From contig JBBTUL010000001.1 in NCBI GenBank assembly GCA_038063755.1, positions 1 through 61,237 on the forward strand: 61,237 bases of DNA. Direction: 5' to 3'. The notes below the pieces were generated by a model, which was not told where the DNA came from, made no database searches, and was given only the letters and a program-made list of their open reading frames with translations. The position numbers and the translations under genes are program-made. This document shows, one piece after another, positions 45,583 to 56,202 of the stretch (position 1 is its first letter; the number at the start of each line of letters is the position of its first letter). The DNA is from Patescibacteria group bacterium (GTDB lineage Bacteria; Patescibacteriota; Minisyncoccia; UBA6257; 2-01-FULL-56-20).

Positions 45583-46125
45583 TTAGTTCGTGCTATGCTC
45601 CAGACGATTGATGTGTGGTCCGAGCAGTATGCGAATCACATATGCAGAAAACATTCCCACGGCGAGCCCTCCTGCGATATCAAGCGGCCAGTGAACACCT
45701 GCGGCGACTCGCGCGATACCCATGAGGAATGAAAGCGCAAAAAGGGCGATCCCCAAACGCCGATTCATAAAGTATATTCCCGTTGCAAGCGCAAAGAAAA
45801 ACGCTGCGTGTCCCGAAGGAAACGATGAGCTCGTCTCGGCAAAAAGGGACGGAAGTCCGAGAAGCGTGTTCGGCCGTGGATGAAGATATGCCGCACGGAC
45901 GATTTCCGTGATAATCCCGCGAGCAAGAATAATGCTAAGCACAAGATGCCCGAGCCTGGCATAGCGCAGACGCCACGAAGGGATCTTGAAGCAAAAGACG
46001 AGCGCCCCAAGTACCAAAAAATATCCGAGATATTCGGACAAAAAAACGATCACGGCGTCAAAGAACCATCCGTGATAACTTAGCCTATAAAGATATTCGA
46101 AAACGGCTTGATTCATAAGAAACAA
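45583..46125 (-). CDS. PAP2-family phosphatase (undecaprenyl-pyrophosphate phosphatase BcrC-like)
   Basis: R...HPRP; SFPSGHA; ARVAAGVHWPLDI. Confidence 0.92.
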   Translation of the reverse strand: MFLMNQAVFEYLYRLSYHGWFFDAVIVFLSEYLGYFLVLGALVFCFKIPSWRLRYARLGHLVLSIILARGIITEIVRAAYLHPRPNTLLGLPSLFAETSSSFPSGHAAFFFALATGIYFMNRRLGIALFALSFLMGIARVAAGVHWPLDIAGGLAVGMFSAYVIRILLGPHINRLEHSTN

Positions 46126-46132
46126 GCAAATG

Positions 46133-46336
46133 TTACCTCCTCACGAACGGCAGGAGCCCCATGAATCGGGCGCGCTTTACTGCCTCCGCAAGACGCCTCT
46201 CGTGCTTCGCGCAAACGCCGGTGTGTTTCGGGTTGATGATTTTCGCCTGACTCGACGTGAAACGTTTCAGCATTTCAACGTCTTTGTAGTCGATTTCCAT
46301 TAGATTTTGCGAGCAGTAGAAGCACTGTTTTGTCAT
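46133..46336 (-). CDS. rpsR: 30S ribosomal protein S18
   Basis: CFYC..IDYKDVEMLKRF; TGVCAKH; RARFMGLLPF. Confidence 0.98.
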   Translation of the reverse strand: MTKQCFYCSQNLMEIDYKDVEMLKRFTSSQAKIINPKHTGVCAKHERRLAEAVKRARFMGLLPFVRR

Positions 46337-46358
46337 GATTTTGATAATACTTTAATAA

Positions 46359-46817
46359 TTAGAACGGGATTTCTTCCATCGGTGCGGCATCGTCGAGGTT
46401 GATGATCGGGATTTCTTCTTCCTTCGCCTCTTCCTGTGGAATTTCTGCGCTTTTTGCCGCTCCGCCGCTTCTGTCTCCTCCGCCTCCCTGCGGCTTTGGC
46501 CCAAGTTGCAAGCGCTCGCAAATAATTTCCGTCGATTTATGATTCGCGCCATTTTTATCCTGCCACGTGCGAGTCTGCAGACGCCCCTCAACGAGCGTAA
46601 GGCTCCCCTTGGTGAGGAATTGTGTCGCAATTTCGGCTTGCCTTCCCCAGGCAACAACGTTATGGAACTCTGTCTCTTCCTGCCGCGCGCCACCCTTGTC
46701 GCTCCAAGTCCGATTTGTCGCGACGCTAAAGGTCGTCACCGACGAACCGCTTGCGGTTCGGCGAAGTTCCGGCGTTGCGGTTACCCTTCCTACGATAAAT
46801 GCTTTGTTGAGATTCAT
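46359..46817 (-). CDS. ssb: Single-stranded DNA-binding protein
   Basis: NKAFIVGR...PELR; VEGRLQTRTW; acidic EEIPF tail. Confidence 0.98.
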   Translation of the reverse strand: MNLNKAFIVGRVTATPELRRTASGSSVTTFSVATNRTWSDKGGARQEETEFHNVVAWGRQAEIATQFLTKGSLTLVEGRLQTRTWQDKNGANHKSTEIICERLQLGPKPQGGGGDRSGGAAKSAEIPQEEAKEEEIPIINLDDAAPMEEIPF

Positions 46818-46838
46818 CTTTTTTTCTCGCTTACTTAG

Positions 46839-47261
46839 TTATTGCAGGATTTCTTCGATTTTCTTTTCGAGCGCTTCGTTGCTAAGCGTTGCCGGCTTCG
46901 CTTCGTACGGTTTTTGGGGACGCATCCGTTCTCCTCCGCCAAATCCACCCTGGAAGTCTCTAGGCCTTGGCTTCTGTCGTGAAAACGGAGGCGTAATAAG
47001 TAAAAAGCGAATGATTCCGGGTTTTATGTTTAACTCGTTGCTCACGTCTTTTGTTTTCTCCGGAAGAAGCGAGAAATGGCAATATCCAAAAAGCGCCACG
47101 CCCTCCTTCTTTATCTCGTAGGCAAGAGTCGTGCGGGTCACCGGACCTTCGAAGCTCACATCTGCTTCAAATTTCTTGAGTGTCGCGATGAGATCTTTCG
47201 CGTCTTCTTCTGCTTTCGCAAGGAACGCGAGTTCGTATTCTTTTTTATCGGTAGTTTCCAT
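46839..47261 (-). CDS. rpsF: 30S ribosomal protein S6
   Basis: YELAF; LAYEIKK; IIRFLLI; rpsF-ssb-rpsR synteny. Confidence 0.93.
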   Translation of the reverse strand: METTDKKEYELAFLAKAEEDAKDLIATLKKFEADVSFEGPVTRTTLAYEIKKEGVALFGYCHFSLLPEKTKDVSNELNIKPGIIRFLLITPPFSRQKPRPRDFQGGFGGGERMRPQKPYEAKPATLSNEALEKKIEEILQ

Positions 47262-47268
47262 GTATTTT

Positions 47269-50200
47269 TTATGCTTGATGCTCTTGGACTACGTCGTCAG
47301 ACATACCTGGCGCGGCTTCGGTTATTTCGGGAACTTTATACCCCGATCCGGCAGGAATCAATCTTCCGATGATGACATTCTCCTTGAGTCCACGCAGCGT
47401 GTCAACCCTCCCTTCAATCGCGGCCCCTACCAGTACGCGCGATGTATCTTGGAATGATGCTGCGGAAAGGAAGCTCTCTGTGGTAAGCGCAACACGGGTA
47501 ATTCCCATAAGCAACTGTCTTGCCTTTGCGGGAGTCTTGCCGTCTTTCTTGAGCGCGCGATTCAATTCCAGAAACTTTGATTTTTCGAGAACTTCTCCCA
47601 TAACTATTTCGCCCGCATCTCCGGCGTGCGTCACGCGGACACGCGAGAACATCTGCCGAACAATAACTTCGATGTGCTTGTCGTGGATCGCAGCTCCTTC
47701 GGCCATATAGATTCTCTGCACTTCGCCGATGATATGCCTCATAACCTCGTGGCTTCCTCTGAACTGCAAAAGTTCTTTTAGGTCAATGCTTCCTTCCGAG
47801 AGCTGATCACCAGCCTTCACCTTGTCGCCAGTTTTTACGAGCGTAAGAACCGAGCGAGGAATAGGATATTCGATCTGCTTCACGTCGCCCTTCTTCGCCT
47901 TTGTTCCTGGTGCTGGCTTCTTCGTTTTTGTTCGCTTTCGAAGCTCCCCTTCAACGCGAACAACGATCACCTTGAATGATTCGCGCTCCTCAACTGCCTC
48001 CACGACCCCATCGGAAGCTGAAAGTACGGCCTTTCCTTTTGGAGGACGAGCTTCGAAAAGCTCTTCGATACGAGGAAGACCGTGCGTAATATCAAGTCCG
48101 GCGACTCCTCCGGTATGGAACGTTCTCATGGTGAGCTGTGTCCCTGGCTCTCCGATTGACTGCGCGGCAATAACGCCAACTGCCGAACCGATCGAAACCG
48201 CCTGATTCATTCCGAGGTCAAATCCGTAACATTTTCCACATAAGCCAAAAAGCGTTTTACAGGCAAGCGGAGAACGAACGGCAATAGAATCAACACCTGA
48301 AGCGTCGACAATCTCCGCGGTTCTCTTATCAACAATTTCTCCCGCTTTCACAAGCGTTTTTCGGCCATCCTTTACGTCTTCAATAACCGATCGCGCGAAG
48401 AGACGCGTACCGAATGATTGTCCGAATGCCCTTCCGTCGTTTCGATTAATCGTAACGCCTTCTTTTGTCCGGCAATCGTCCTCTCGAATAATGATGTCTT
48501 GGGCCACATCAACCAAGCGCCGAGTCAAATACCCTGCTTGCGCGGTTTTGAGCGCCGTATCCGTCGTTCCTTTGCGAGCGCCGTGAGTCGAGATGAAATA
48601 TTCGATAACCGAGAGACCTTCTTTATATGAAGCCTTGATCGGAAGTTCCATGGTTTCACCCTTTGGGTTCGAAACGAGTCCCTTCATGCCCATCATCTGG
48701 GACGGCTGAGACCATGATCCACGCGCGTTCGAATCGACAATCTGATAGACCGGATTATCTTTCTTGAGGGCGCTTAAAACAAGCTTGTCGATTTGGCTCT
48801 TCACGCGCATCCAAACCTCGATCACTCGTGCGCGACGCTCGCCTTCGGTAAGTAAACCGTCATTGAACTGTTCGTGGATGGCATCGATTTCCTTCTCCGC
48901 GCTCTTTACGATACCCTCCTTCTCTTTCGGGGTAACGAGGTCCGATATCGCCCAGGTGATGCCTGATTTTGTTGCCATCTCGAATCCAAGAAGTTTAACG
49001 TTGTCTAAAATCTGTCGCGCTCGCTCTAGGCCGCGCATATCAAATATCTGCTCGATGACCTTCGCGATTTTCTTCTTGTTCAATGTTTCTCCGACGAATG
49101 GAAGCGTCCCTTCAAGTGAGCGGTTCAAGATGAACCTGCCAAACGTTGAGGTTCTGTCTTCGATAATAATTTCTTCGTGAAGCTTGATCACCTTGTTTTC
49201 GTAAGCCATCAAAGCCTCGTTGTAATCAACAAATACTTTCTTCTTTTTCTTGGGATCAATTTCCGCTTCCGGTCGTGTGAGATAATAGATACCAAGAACC
49301 GCGTCCTGCGTAAGTCCCGTAATGAGATCGCCGGTCGCCGGCTTCAAAAGGTTTCTTCCTGCCGACATTATCTCTGCAGCCTCCCATTGCGCGGCGCGGG
49401 AAAGCGGAACGTGTACGGCCATCTGGTCTCCGTCGAAATCGGCGTTAAAAGCCGCGCAAACAAGCGGAGGAATTTGGATTGCAAGGCCTTCAACCAAGAG
49501 CGGTCGGAATGCCTGTACGGAGAGTCTGTGCAAAGTCGGCGCGCGGTTTAGAAGCACTTTTTTATCTCGAATTACGTCTTCAAGAATCGCCCAGATCTCA
49601 TCGCTCCCCTGCTCAATCATGCGATTCGCGATTTTAATGTTGTGCACCAGGCCGCGGTTAATCATCTCTCCGATCACAAATGGACGGAAAAGCTCAAGTG
49701 CCATTTTCTTCGGCAACCCGCATTCGTCGAGACGAAGACGCGGACCAACCACGATTACGGAACGTCCGGAATAGTCAACGCGCTTTCCAAGTAGGTTTTG
49801 GCGGAAACGGCCCTGCTTGCCTTTTAACATATCAGCGAGCGAGCGAAGTGGTCTCCGCTGAGCGGAAAGCTGCTGCGTACCAAAGCGGGCTGAGTTATCT
49901 ATAAGAGCATCAACGGCCTCCTGAAGCATGCGCTTCTCATTTCGAACGATGATTTCCGGAGCTTTGATCTCGAGAAGTTTCTTTAGGCGGTTGTTGCGGT
50001 TTAAGACGCGGCGATAGAGATCATTCAAGTCTGAAGTCGCGTAACGTCCGCCGTCCAAGGCAACCATCGGACGAAGATCCGGAGGGAGCACAGGGAGAAG
50101 CTTCATGATGAGCCACTCGGGACGAGTATTATTCCTCACCATCGCCTTTATAATCTTCAATCTCCGGAGGAGCTTTATTTCGGTTGTTGGGTCTTTCATT

Positions 50201-53200
50201 TCCGAAATCTCCTTTTCCATCGCGGCGACCTCCTTCTTTAGGTTGAGATTCTCAAGAATCGTTTGGATCGCTTCGGCTCCGCTTCCCGCCTTGAAAACCG
50301 TGCTGAATCTGCGAGAGAGCGAAACATATTCGTCTTCACGCAAAATGGTCCCTGGATGAAGTTCCTCGAGTAAATCTTTTACGCGATTCGCACCATCCAA
50401 AAGTTCGCGAGTCGCTTCTTTGCTGTCTGATCCGATAGCCTTAAGCTTTCCCTTGAGCTCCGAGTCAACTTCTTTCATGACGGCCTTTCTGCTTTCGTCA
50501 TCAACTTCGGTCACAATATAGTCGACGTAGTAGATAACTCGTTCGAGCTTCGATGACTGAACGTTCAAAAGCAAAGAGAGTGGCGATGGCGCGCTCTTAA
50601 AGAACCAGATGTGCGTCACTGGCGTAGCAAGCGTAATATGACCAAGTCGCTCGCGGCGCACAACCGAACGGGTTACTTCAACACCGCACTTATCGCAAAC
50701 CACTCCCTTGTAGCGAATTTTTCGATATTTACCACAGTAGCACTCGTAGTCTTTTGTTGGACCGAAAATACGTTCACTAAAAAGTCCGTCTTTTTCCGGT
50801 CTCTGCGTTCGATAGTTAATTGTTTCCGGTTTTATAACTTCTCCATGCGACCAACGCAAGACGTCATCTGGAGAGGCAACGCCAATGCGTAAGCTCGAAA
50901 AATCTTTTGGAGCCTCTGCTTCGGTGAGCGGATTTCCTGCTTTCGTAATGGGTTCGATGTTGAGTCCCAATGACTTCAACTCGCTTACGAGCACGTTAAA
51001 CGATGCCGGAATGTTCGGTTCTTTAATCTCCTCTCCTCGAATAATCGCTTCGTATGCCGCTGACCGCCCCAACACGTCGTCGGATTTAATTGTAAGCATC
51101 TCCTGGAGCACGTGTCGTGCGCCATAGCCCTCAAGCGCCCAGACTTCCATTTCTCCGAAGCGCTGTCCTCCAAACTGCGCCTTTCCTCCAAGCGGCTGCT
51201 GCGTGATTAAGGAGTACGGACCAATGGAACGCATGTGCACCTTATCTTCTACAAGATGGTTCAGCTTCATCATGTAGATTTGTCCGACCATGACGCGGTC
51301 ATGAAACGGCTCTCCCGTTCGGCCATCGTAGAGCATTACCTTTCCGTCTGCAGGAAGATTCGCTTTTTTAAGCTCCTCCCAAATTTGCGCCTCGCTCACT
51401 GAATCAAACGATGGAGTGATTGCTCTATATCCAAGTTTTTCGGCGGCCCAGCCCAAATGCGTCTCAAGAATTTGGCCAAGATTCATACGAGAAACGACGC
51501 CTAATGGGTTTAAAATAATGTCAACGGGAGTGCCATCCGCAAGATGCGGCATGTCCTCCACGGGGCGAACCTGGGAAATGACACCCTTGTTTCCATGGCG
51601 GCCCGCAAGCTTGTCTCCAGCTTGCACCTTCCTGAGGCTCGCGACTTCAATCTGAATTCGTTTAATAATTCCTGCTTCAAGCTTATCTCCCTCGTCGCGC
51701 GAAAAGATTTTCACCCCCACGACGCGCCCGCGCTTTCCGTGCGGCAACGTAAGAGATGTATCTTTTACATCGCGAGCCTTCTCTCCAAAAATGGCGCGAA
51801 GCAAGCGCTCTTCGGCCGTAAGCTCCGCTTCGCCTCGCGGAGAAATTTTTCCAACAAGAATATCTCCCGCATGAACCTCGGCGCCAATACGCACGATTCC
51901 TTCCTCATCAAGATTCTTGAGTTTTTCCTCGGAAACGTTCGGAATATCCGGAGTCATAATTTCCGGCCCAAGCTTCGTGTCTCGAACGTCGCAGTAAAAG
52001 TCTTCTATGTGAATGGAAGTAAACAAATCTTCTCTCGCTACTCGCTCGGAAAGGATAATGGCATCTTCAAAGTTTGCTCCTTCCCACGACATAAACGACA
52101 CAAGAAGATTCTGTCCGAGCGCGAGCACTCCGCGATCAACCGAGGAGCCGTTTGCGATAATATCTCCCTTCTTAACCTTCTGTCCTTTTGTAACGAGCGG
52201 ATCTTGCGAAATGGCGCTGAATTGGTTGGAACGCTTGAACTTTACAAGATTGTATTCCTTCGTGGTTCCTTTGGCATATTTTACGGTTATTTTGCTCGAA
52301 TCAACCTGGGTCACCACGCCTTCCCCTTCTGCCGCAATAACATATCCCGAATCTCTTGCAACCTTTTCTTCCTCTCCGGTCCCAACGTAAGGAGCGCTCG
52401 GACGGATTGACGGCACCGCTTGGCGCTGCATGTTTGAACCCATGAGTGCGCGGTTTGCATCGTCATGCTGTAAGAATGGAATAAGCGATGTCGCAACGGA
52501 AACGAATTGATGCGGAGCCACTTCCATAAGATCAATGTCCCCTACGGGGCAGGTGCTCGGCTCACCTCCGATGCGGGATTCCACAACCGTTCCTAAAATC
52601 TTTCCTTTCGCATCGCGCTCAACGGCCCCGTTTGCGATTTTATATTTTTCTTCCTCAAGCGCATCAAGCCAAACAATTTCATCAGTCGCTCTTCCACTTT
52701 TAACTTTTACGTACGGAGTTTCAAGAAAACCAAAATCGTTTACTCGGGCGAAGCTCGCAAGATAGTTGATAAGACCGATGTTCGATCCTTCCGGCGTCTC
52801 GATCGGACAGATGCGTCCGTAGTGAGAGCGGTGAACGTCACGCACTTCGAAGCTTGCGCGCTCGCGCGTAAGACCTCCGGGACCGAGTGCCGAAAGACGC
52901 CTCTTATGCTCAAGTTCGGCTAAAGGATTTACCTGGTCCATGAACTGCGAAAGCTGTGAAGAAGCAAAAAACTCTTTAATAACTGCTGCAATCGGGCGGA
53001 AATTGATGAGCTGTGCCGGAGCGAGTGCATCGCGATCAAGCGTTGACATTCTATCCTGTACAATACGGCGAAGCCGTGCAACACCAACGCGAAGCCTTCC
53101 CTCAAGCAATTCTCCGACCGCCTTCACGCGGCGATTTCCCAAGTGGTCAATGTCATCCGATATGGCACTCGACGTATTGTTGAGCCTGATAATTTCACGG

Positions 53201-54087
53201 ACCATTCCCAAAATATCCTCTTTGTCCAAAAGAGGTTCTTTTTTCTTCTCGGAAAGGCCAAGTCTACGATTTACCTTGAAACGACCTACTGCCGAAAGGT
53301 CATAGCGATCAAATCGATGAAAAATACCATCGATAAGGCTTTTTGCTGTTTCGGCGTTTGCAGGGTCGCCCGGGCGCAAGCGACGATAGATCTCTATATA
53401 TGACTCGTCGACATCCTTTGCGATGTCTTTTTTAAATGTTGCCTCAAGAAAATTTATCGGCCCGGTATCGATATCGAGGAGCTTTCTCCTCATCTCTTCT
53501 TCTCCGACTCCAAAGATACGAAGGAGGTCGGTCACGGGAACCTTTCGATGCCGATCGATTTTAACGCCGATTACTCCATCGATGTCTGTCTCGAATTCAA
53601 GCCATGATCCTCGGTTCGGAATAACCTTCGCACCGAAAAGTTTCTTCCCGCGAAAAGCGACTGCCGTGAAATATACTCCGGCAGAACGAACAAGCTGCGA
53701 AACGACAACGCGCTCAACGCCGTTTATAATGAAAGTTCCGCGATCGGTCATGACCGGGAAGTCGCCGAAATACACCTCCTGCTTTTCGGTGTGTCCTGTG
53801 TTTTTGTTCTTCAAGCGAATGCTCATATGAAGGGGTGCCTCATATGTCGCTTCTTTGTATCGGGATGTTACTTCGTCGTACTTCGGTTCGCCAAAAGAAT
53901 AATCATCGAAGTGAAGCTCGAGCTCGTTTCCGGTGTGATCATGAATCGGGGAAATTTCTTTTAATAATGTCTTGAGTCCTTCTTTTAAAAACCACTGATA
54001 GGACTTCAACTGCATCTCATTCAAGTTGTCGATGGAGAGAGCCGGCTTGAACCGCGAGAAGTCTTTCTTGGGAAGTGGGTGCGACAT
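47269..54087 (-). CDS. rpoBC: Fused RNA polymerase beta-beta' subunit (2272 aa)
   Basis: Beta motifs (SQFMDQ, GDKLAGRHGNKG, GQRFGEMEVWAL) continue without a stop into beta' motifs (CYCGK..CDKC, NADFDGD, GEPGTQLT). Confidence 0.95.
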   Translation of the reverse strand: MSHPLPKKDFSRFKPALSIDNLNEMQLKSYQWFLKEGLKTLLKEISPIHDHTGNELELHFDDYSFGEPKYDEVTSRYKEATYEAPLHMSIRLKNKNTGHTEKQEVYFGDFPVMTDRGTFIINGVERVVVSQLVRSAGVYFTAVAFRGKKLFGAKVIPNRGSWLEFETDIDGVIGVKIDRHRKVPVTDLLRIFGVGEEEMRRKLLDIDTGPINFLEATFKKDIAKDVDESYIEIYRRLRPGDPANAETAKSLIDGIFHRFDRYDLSAVGRFKVNRRLGLSEKKKEPLLDKEDILGMVREIIRLNNTSSAISDDIDHLGNRRVKAVGELLEGRLRVGVARLRRIVQDRMSTLDRDALAPAQLINFRPIAAVIKEFFASSQLSQFMDQVNPLAELEHKRRLSALGPGGLTRERASFEVRDVHRSHYGRICPIETPEGSNIGLINYLASFARVNDFGFLETPYVKVKSGRATDEIVWLDALEEEKYKIANGAVERDAKGKILGTVVESRIGGEPSTCPVGDIDLMEVAPHQFVSVATSLIPFLQHDDANRALMGSNMQRQAVPSIRPSAPYVGTGEEEKVARDSGYVIAAEGEGVVTQVDSSKITVKYAKGTTKEYNLVKFKRSNQFSAISQDPLVTKGQKVKKGDIIANGSSVDRGVLALGQNLLVSFMSWEGANFEDAIILSERVAREDLFTSIHIEDFYCDVRDTKLGPEIMTPDIPNVSEEKLKNLDEEGIVRIGAEVHAGDILVGKISPRGEAELTAEERLLRAIFGEKARDVKDTSLTLPHGKRGRVVGVKIFSRDEGDKLEAGIIKRIQIEVASLRKVQAGDKLAGRHGNKGVISQVRPVEDMPHLADGTPVDIILNPLGVVSRMNLGQILETHLGWAAEKLGYRAITPSFDSVSEAQIWEELKKANLPADGKVMLYDGRTGEPFHDRVMVGQIYMMKLNHLVEDKVHMRSIGPYSLITQQPLGGKAQFGGQRFGEMEVWALEGYGARHVLQEMLTIKSDDVLGRSAAYEAIIRGEEIKEPNIPASFNVLVSELKSLGLNIEPITKAGNPLTEAEAPKDFSSLRIGVASPDDVLRWSHGEVIKPETINYRTQRPEKDGLFSERIFGPTKDYECYCGKYRKIRYKGVVCDKCGVEVTRSVVRRERLGHITLATPVTHIWFFKSAPSPLSLLLNVQSSKLERVIYYVDYIVTEVDDESRKAVMKEVDSELKGKLKAIGSDSKEATRELLDGANRVKDLLEELHPGTILREDEYVSLSRRFSTVFKAGSGAEAIQTILENLNLKKEVAAMEKEISEMKDPTTEIKLLRRLKIIKAMVRNNTRPEWLIMKLLPVLPPDLRPMVALDGGRYATSDLNDLYRRVLNRNNRLKKLLEIKAPEIIVRNEKRMLQEAVDALIDNSARFGTQQLSAQRRPLRSLADMLKGKQGRFRQNLLGKRVDYSGRSVIVVGPRLRLDECGLPKKMALELFRPFVIGEMINRGLVHNIKIANRMIEQGSDEIWAILEDVIRDKKVLLNRAPTLHRLSVQAFRPLLVEGLAIQIPPLVCAAFNADFDGDQMAVHVPLSRAAQWEAAEIMSAGRNLLKPATGDLITGLTQDAVLGIYYLTRPEAEIDPKKKKKVFVDYNEALMAYENKVIKLHEEIIIEDRTSTFGRFILNRSLEGTLPFVGETLNKKKIAKVIEQIFDMRGLERARQILDNVKLLGFEMATKSGITWAISDLVTPKEKEGIVKSAEKEIDAIHEQFNDGLLTEGERRARVIEVWMRVKSQIDKLVLSALKKDNPVYQIVDSNARGSWSQPSQMMGMKGLVSNPKGETMELPIKASYKEGLSVIEYFISTHGARKGTTDTALKTAQAGYLTRRLVDVAQDIIIREDDCRTKEGVTINRNDGRAFGQSFGTRLFARSVIEDVKDGRKTLVKAGEIVDKRTAEIVDASGVDSIAVRSPLACKTLFGLCGKCYGFDLGMNQAVSIGSAVGVIAAQSIGEPGTQLTMRTFHTGGVAGLDITHGLPRIEELFEARPPKGKAVLSASDGVVEAVEERESFKVIVVRVEGELRKRTKTKKPAPGTKAKKGDVKQIEYPIPRSVLTLVKTGDKVKAGDQLSEGSIDLKELLQFRGSHEVMRHIIGEVQRIYMAEGAAIHDKHIEVIVRQMFSRVRVTHAGDAGEIVMGEVLEKSKFLELNRALKKDGKTPAKARQLLMGITRVALTTESFLSAASFQDTSRVLVGAAIEGRVDTLRGLKENVIIGRLIPAGSGYKVPEITEAAPGMSDDVVQEHQA

Positions 54088-54185
54088 TATTATTTTAAAT
54101 AATTATTTTTAATGCAGTCGTAATTTTTGAAACAAGAAAAAACGGACGGCGAAGAGAAAAGCGCACCAAGACAGAACTTGGCTTT

Positions 54186-55181
54186 TTACGAGTTCTTTAA
54201 GAGGTATTTAACTCTATTCTCCTCGTGCCTGTCAAGGGTTTGTGAAAAAATAGTTTTCCCGGTCTTCGGATCGGAAAGATAGAACCAATATGGCGAATCG
54301 ACCGGTTGAAGCGCTGCCCGTATTGCCTCTATCCCCGGATTTCCAATCGGTCCGGGAGGAAGACCCTTATTTAGGTAGGTATTATATGGCGAATCGATCT
54401 TGAAGTCAAGCGAAGAGAGGGGGTAACAGTTCGAGACCCTCGTTTTGGCCTCTTTTATATAGCAAATTGAGGCATCGACCTGAAGAGCCATACCGACCTT
54501 AAGCCGCTTTTTAAGAATACCTGCGACAATCTGCCGATCAGAAAAATCGCTCACTTCCCTTTCAAGAAGTGAGGCCAACACCAGATCATCTGCTCCGCCA
54601 TCCGGCCTTCCGGCGAGAAGTTCATCGGTCCGCTCTCTAAAGTTTTGGATCATCTTTTCAAGCACTTCATTTGGCGTTGACGAGACATAAAAACGATAGG
54701 TGTCTGGAAAAAGCTTCCCCTCTGCGGAAATGGACGACGGAAAGATGCGGGAAATAAACGATCCTTTTTTTAATACTCCGCTTTCGGCAAGTACCGCATC
54801 GATATCGTAAATCGTCGACCCTTCAACAATGGTTACCTCAACCTCTCTTGATGGCCCCGCGACGAACGCCCGAATGATTTTCGGTGTTCGATCGGTCGCA
54901 TCAAAAATATAGGCTCCGGGCTTCAGATCGTTCCATGCGCCCGAAAGTATCGCGTAACCCGCAAAGGCAAACGACGAACGGACAAGTCTCGCGCTCACCA
55001 CTTCTTTTGCAACGTCGAACACGCCAGACTCATTTGAAATTACGACTTGAACCTTTCCTTTCCCGCCAGGAAAAAAGAGCGATATAAACAAGAGATAGCC
55101 GAAAAACGCGCACAAAAAAAGCACTGAGGAAAAAAGTCCAACGGTTAAATATCGGATATTATGATCGTCTTCGAATTGCAT
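54186..55181 (-). CDS. mltG: Endolytic transglycosylase MltG
   Basis: EGKLFPDTY; LASLLERE; LQVDAS; SPYNTYLNKGLPPGPIGNPG. Confidence 0.95.
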   Translation of the reverse strand: MQFEDDHNIRYLTVGLFSSVLFLCAFFGYLLFISLFFPGGKGKVQVVISNESGVFDVAKEVVSARLVRSSFAFAGYAILSGAWNDLKPGAYIFDATDRTPKIIRAFVAGPSREVEVTIVEGSTIYDIDAVLAESGVLKKGSFISRIFPSSISAEGKLFPDTYRFYVSSTPNEVLEKMIQNFRERTDELLAGRPDGGADDLVLASLLEREVSDFSDRQIVAGILKKRLKVGMALQVDASICYIKEAKTRVSNCYPLSSLDFKIDSPYNTYLNKGLPPGPIGNPGIEAIRAALQPVDSPYWFYLSDPKTGKTIFSQTLDRHEENRVKYLLKNS

Positions 55182-56202
55182 AAAATGCTCCTACGAGTGA
55201 AAAATTTAAAAGCATGTTCGACCCCCCGTAGCTTAAAAATGGAAATGGAACCCCGATGACCGGGAGAAGCCCGACTGCCGATCCGGTGTTTACCAAAAAA
55301 TGAAGCCCGAAGACAACAACCATACCAAGAGAAACAAACTTCTCAAAATTAGTTTCTGCCCGAAGTCCCTCGCGGAGGATTCCTATGCAAAGAAAAACGA
55401 GAGCGGCAATGATGATAAGTCCGGCAATGCGGCCCCACTCCTCAACGAGAGCGGAAAAGATGAAGTCTGTTGCCGGATCGGTCAAAAACCCAAGCTGCGT
55501 TTGAGATCCTTGCCCATACCCCTTCCCCCAAAAACCGGCGGAACCAATTGCAATTTTGGACTGTATAACGCTGTAGTTTATTCCAAGAGCGTTCCGTTCC
55601 GGGTAAAAAACCGCCGCAATACGATCGCGCTGATAGTCCTTAAGAAATACGCTCCACCCGATTGCAAGCGCGATCACAAAAAGAACAAGCGACGCGATTA
55701 TCCATTTTCTTGGAAGACCGGAGACCAGAAGGAATCCGAACCAAAGCCCCACGAGTATTATCGCCGAACCGAGATCTGGCTGAAGCAGTGTGAGTAGGAC
55801 GGGAACCGCGCAGATTCCACCGGAAATAAAAACATATCTTAATCGCGCGATACTCAAATGTCTTCGGCTGAAATACTGTGCGAACACTAAAATAAGCGCG
55901 AGTTTTGCAAGCTCTACTGGCTGGAAATGGAACGGACCGAAAACAAGCCAGCTTCGCGTGTTGCGAATACCCGGTGCTACGAAAAGCGTGATAAGAAGCA
56001 GCGCAACCGCGACTCCATAAACTGTCCACGAAAACCATCCAGCACGGAGCATTCCGGCCCTCTCAAGCGCGAACATTACCCCCACAATCACTATTCCCGC
56101 CGCAAGCCATCCAAGCTGAAGCAAAAGAAAGCTCGAAGAAATACTCGAAAGCATCACGAGACTCGCAAAAACAAGAACTCCTACCGGAAACCAAATTTTC
56201 AT
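55159..56202 (-). CDS. rodA: SEDS peptidoglycan polymerase (RodA/FtsW)
   Basis: RSWL..G..HFQPVELAK; QPDLGSA; TDFIFS..VEEWG; PFLSYGGS. Confidence 0.9.
   Translation of the reverse strand: MKIWFPVGVLVFASLVMLSSISSSFLLLQLGWLAAGIVIVGVMFALERAGMLRAGWFSWTVYGVAVALLLITLFVAPGIRNTRSWLVFGPFHFQPVELAKLALILVFAQYFSRRHLSIARLRYVFISGGICAVPVLLTLLQPDLGSAIILVGLWFGFLLVSGLPRKWIIASLVLFVIALAIGWSVFLKDYQRDRIAAVFYPERNALGINYSVIQSKIAIGSAGFWGKGYGQGSQTQLGFLTDPATDFIFSALVEEWGRIAGLIIIAALVFLCIGILREGLRAETNFEKFVSLGMVVVFGLHFLVNTGSAVGLLPVIGVPFPFLSYGGSNMLLNFSLVGAFYAIRRRS

Noticed and set aside
52880-52975. Rifampicin-resistance substitution (Ala at the E. coli Ser522 position)
   Set aside because: NPLAEL is the natural state in many bacteria such as Bacillus; not informative.
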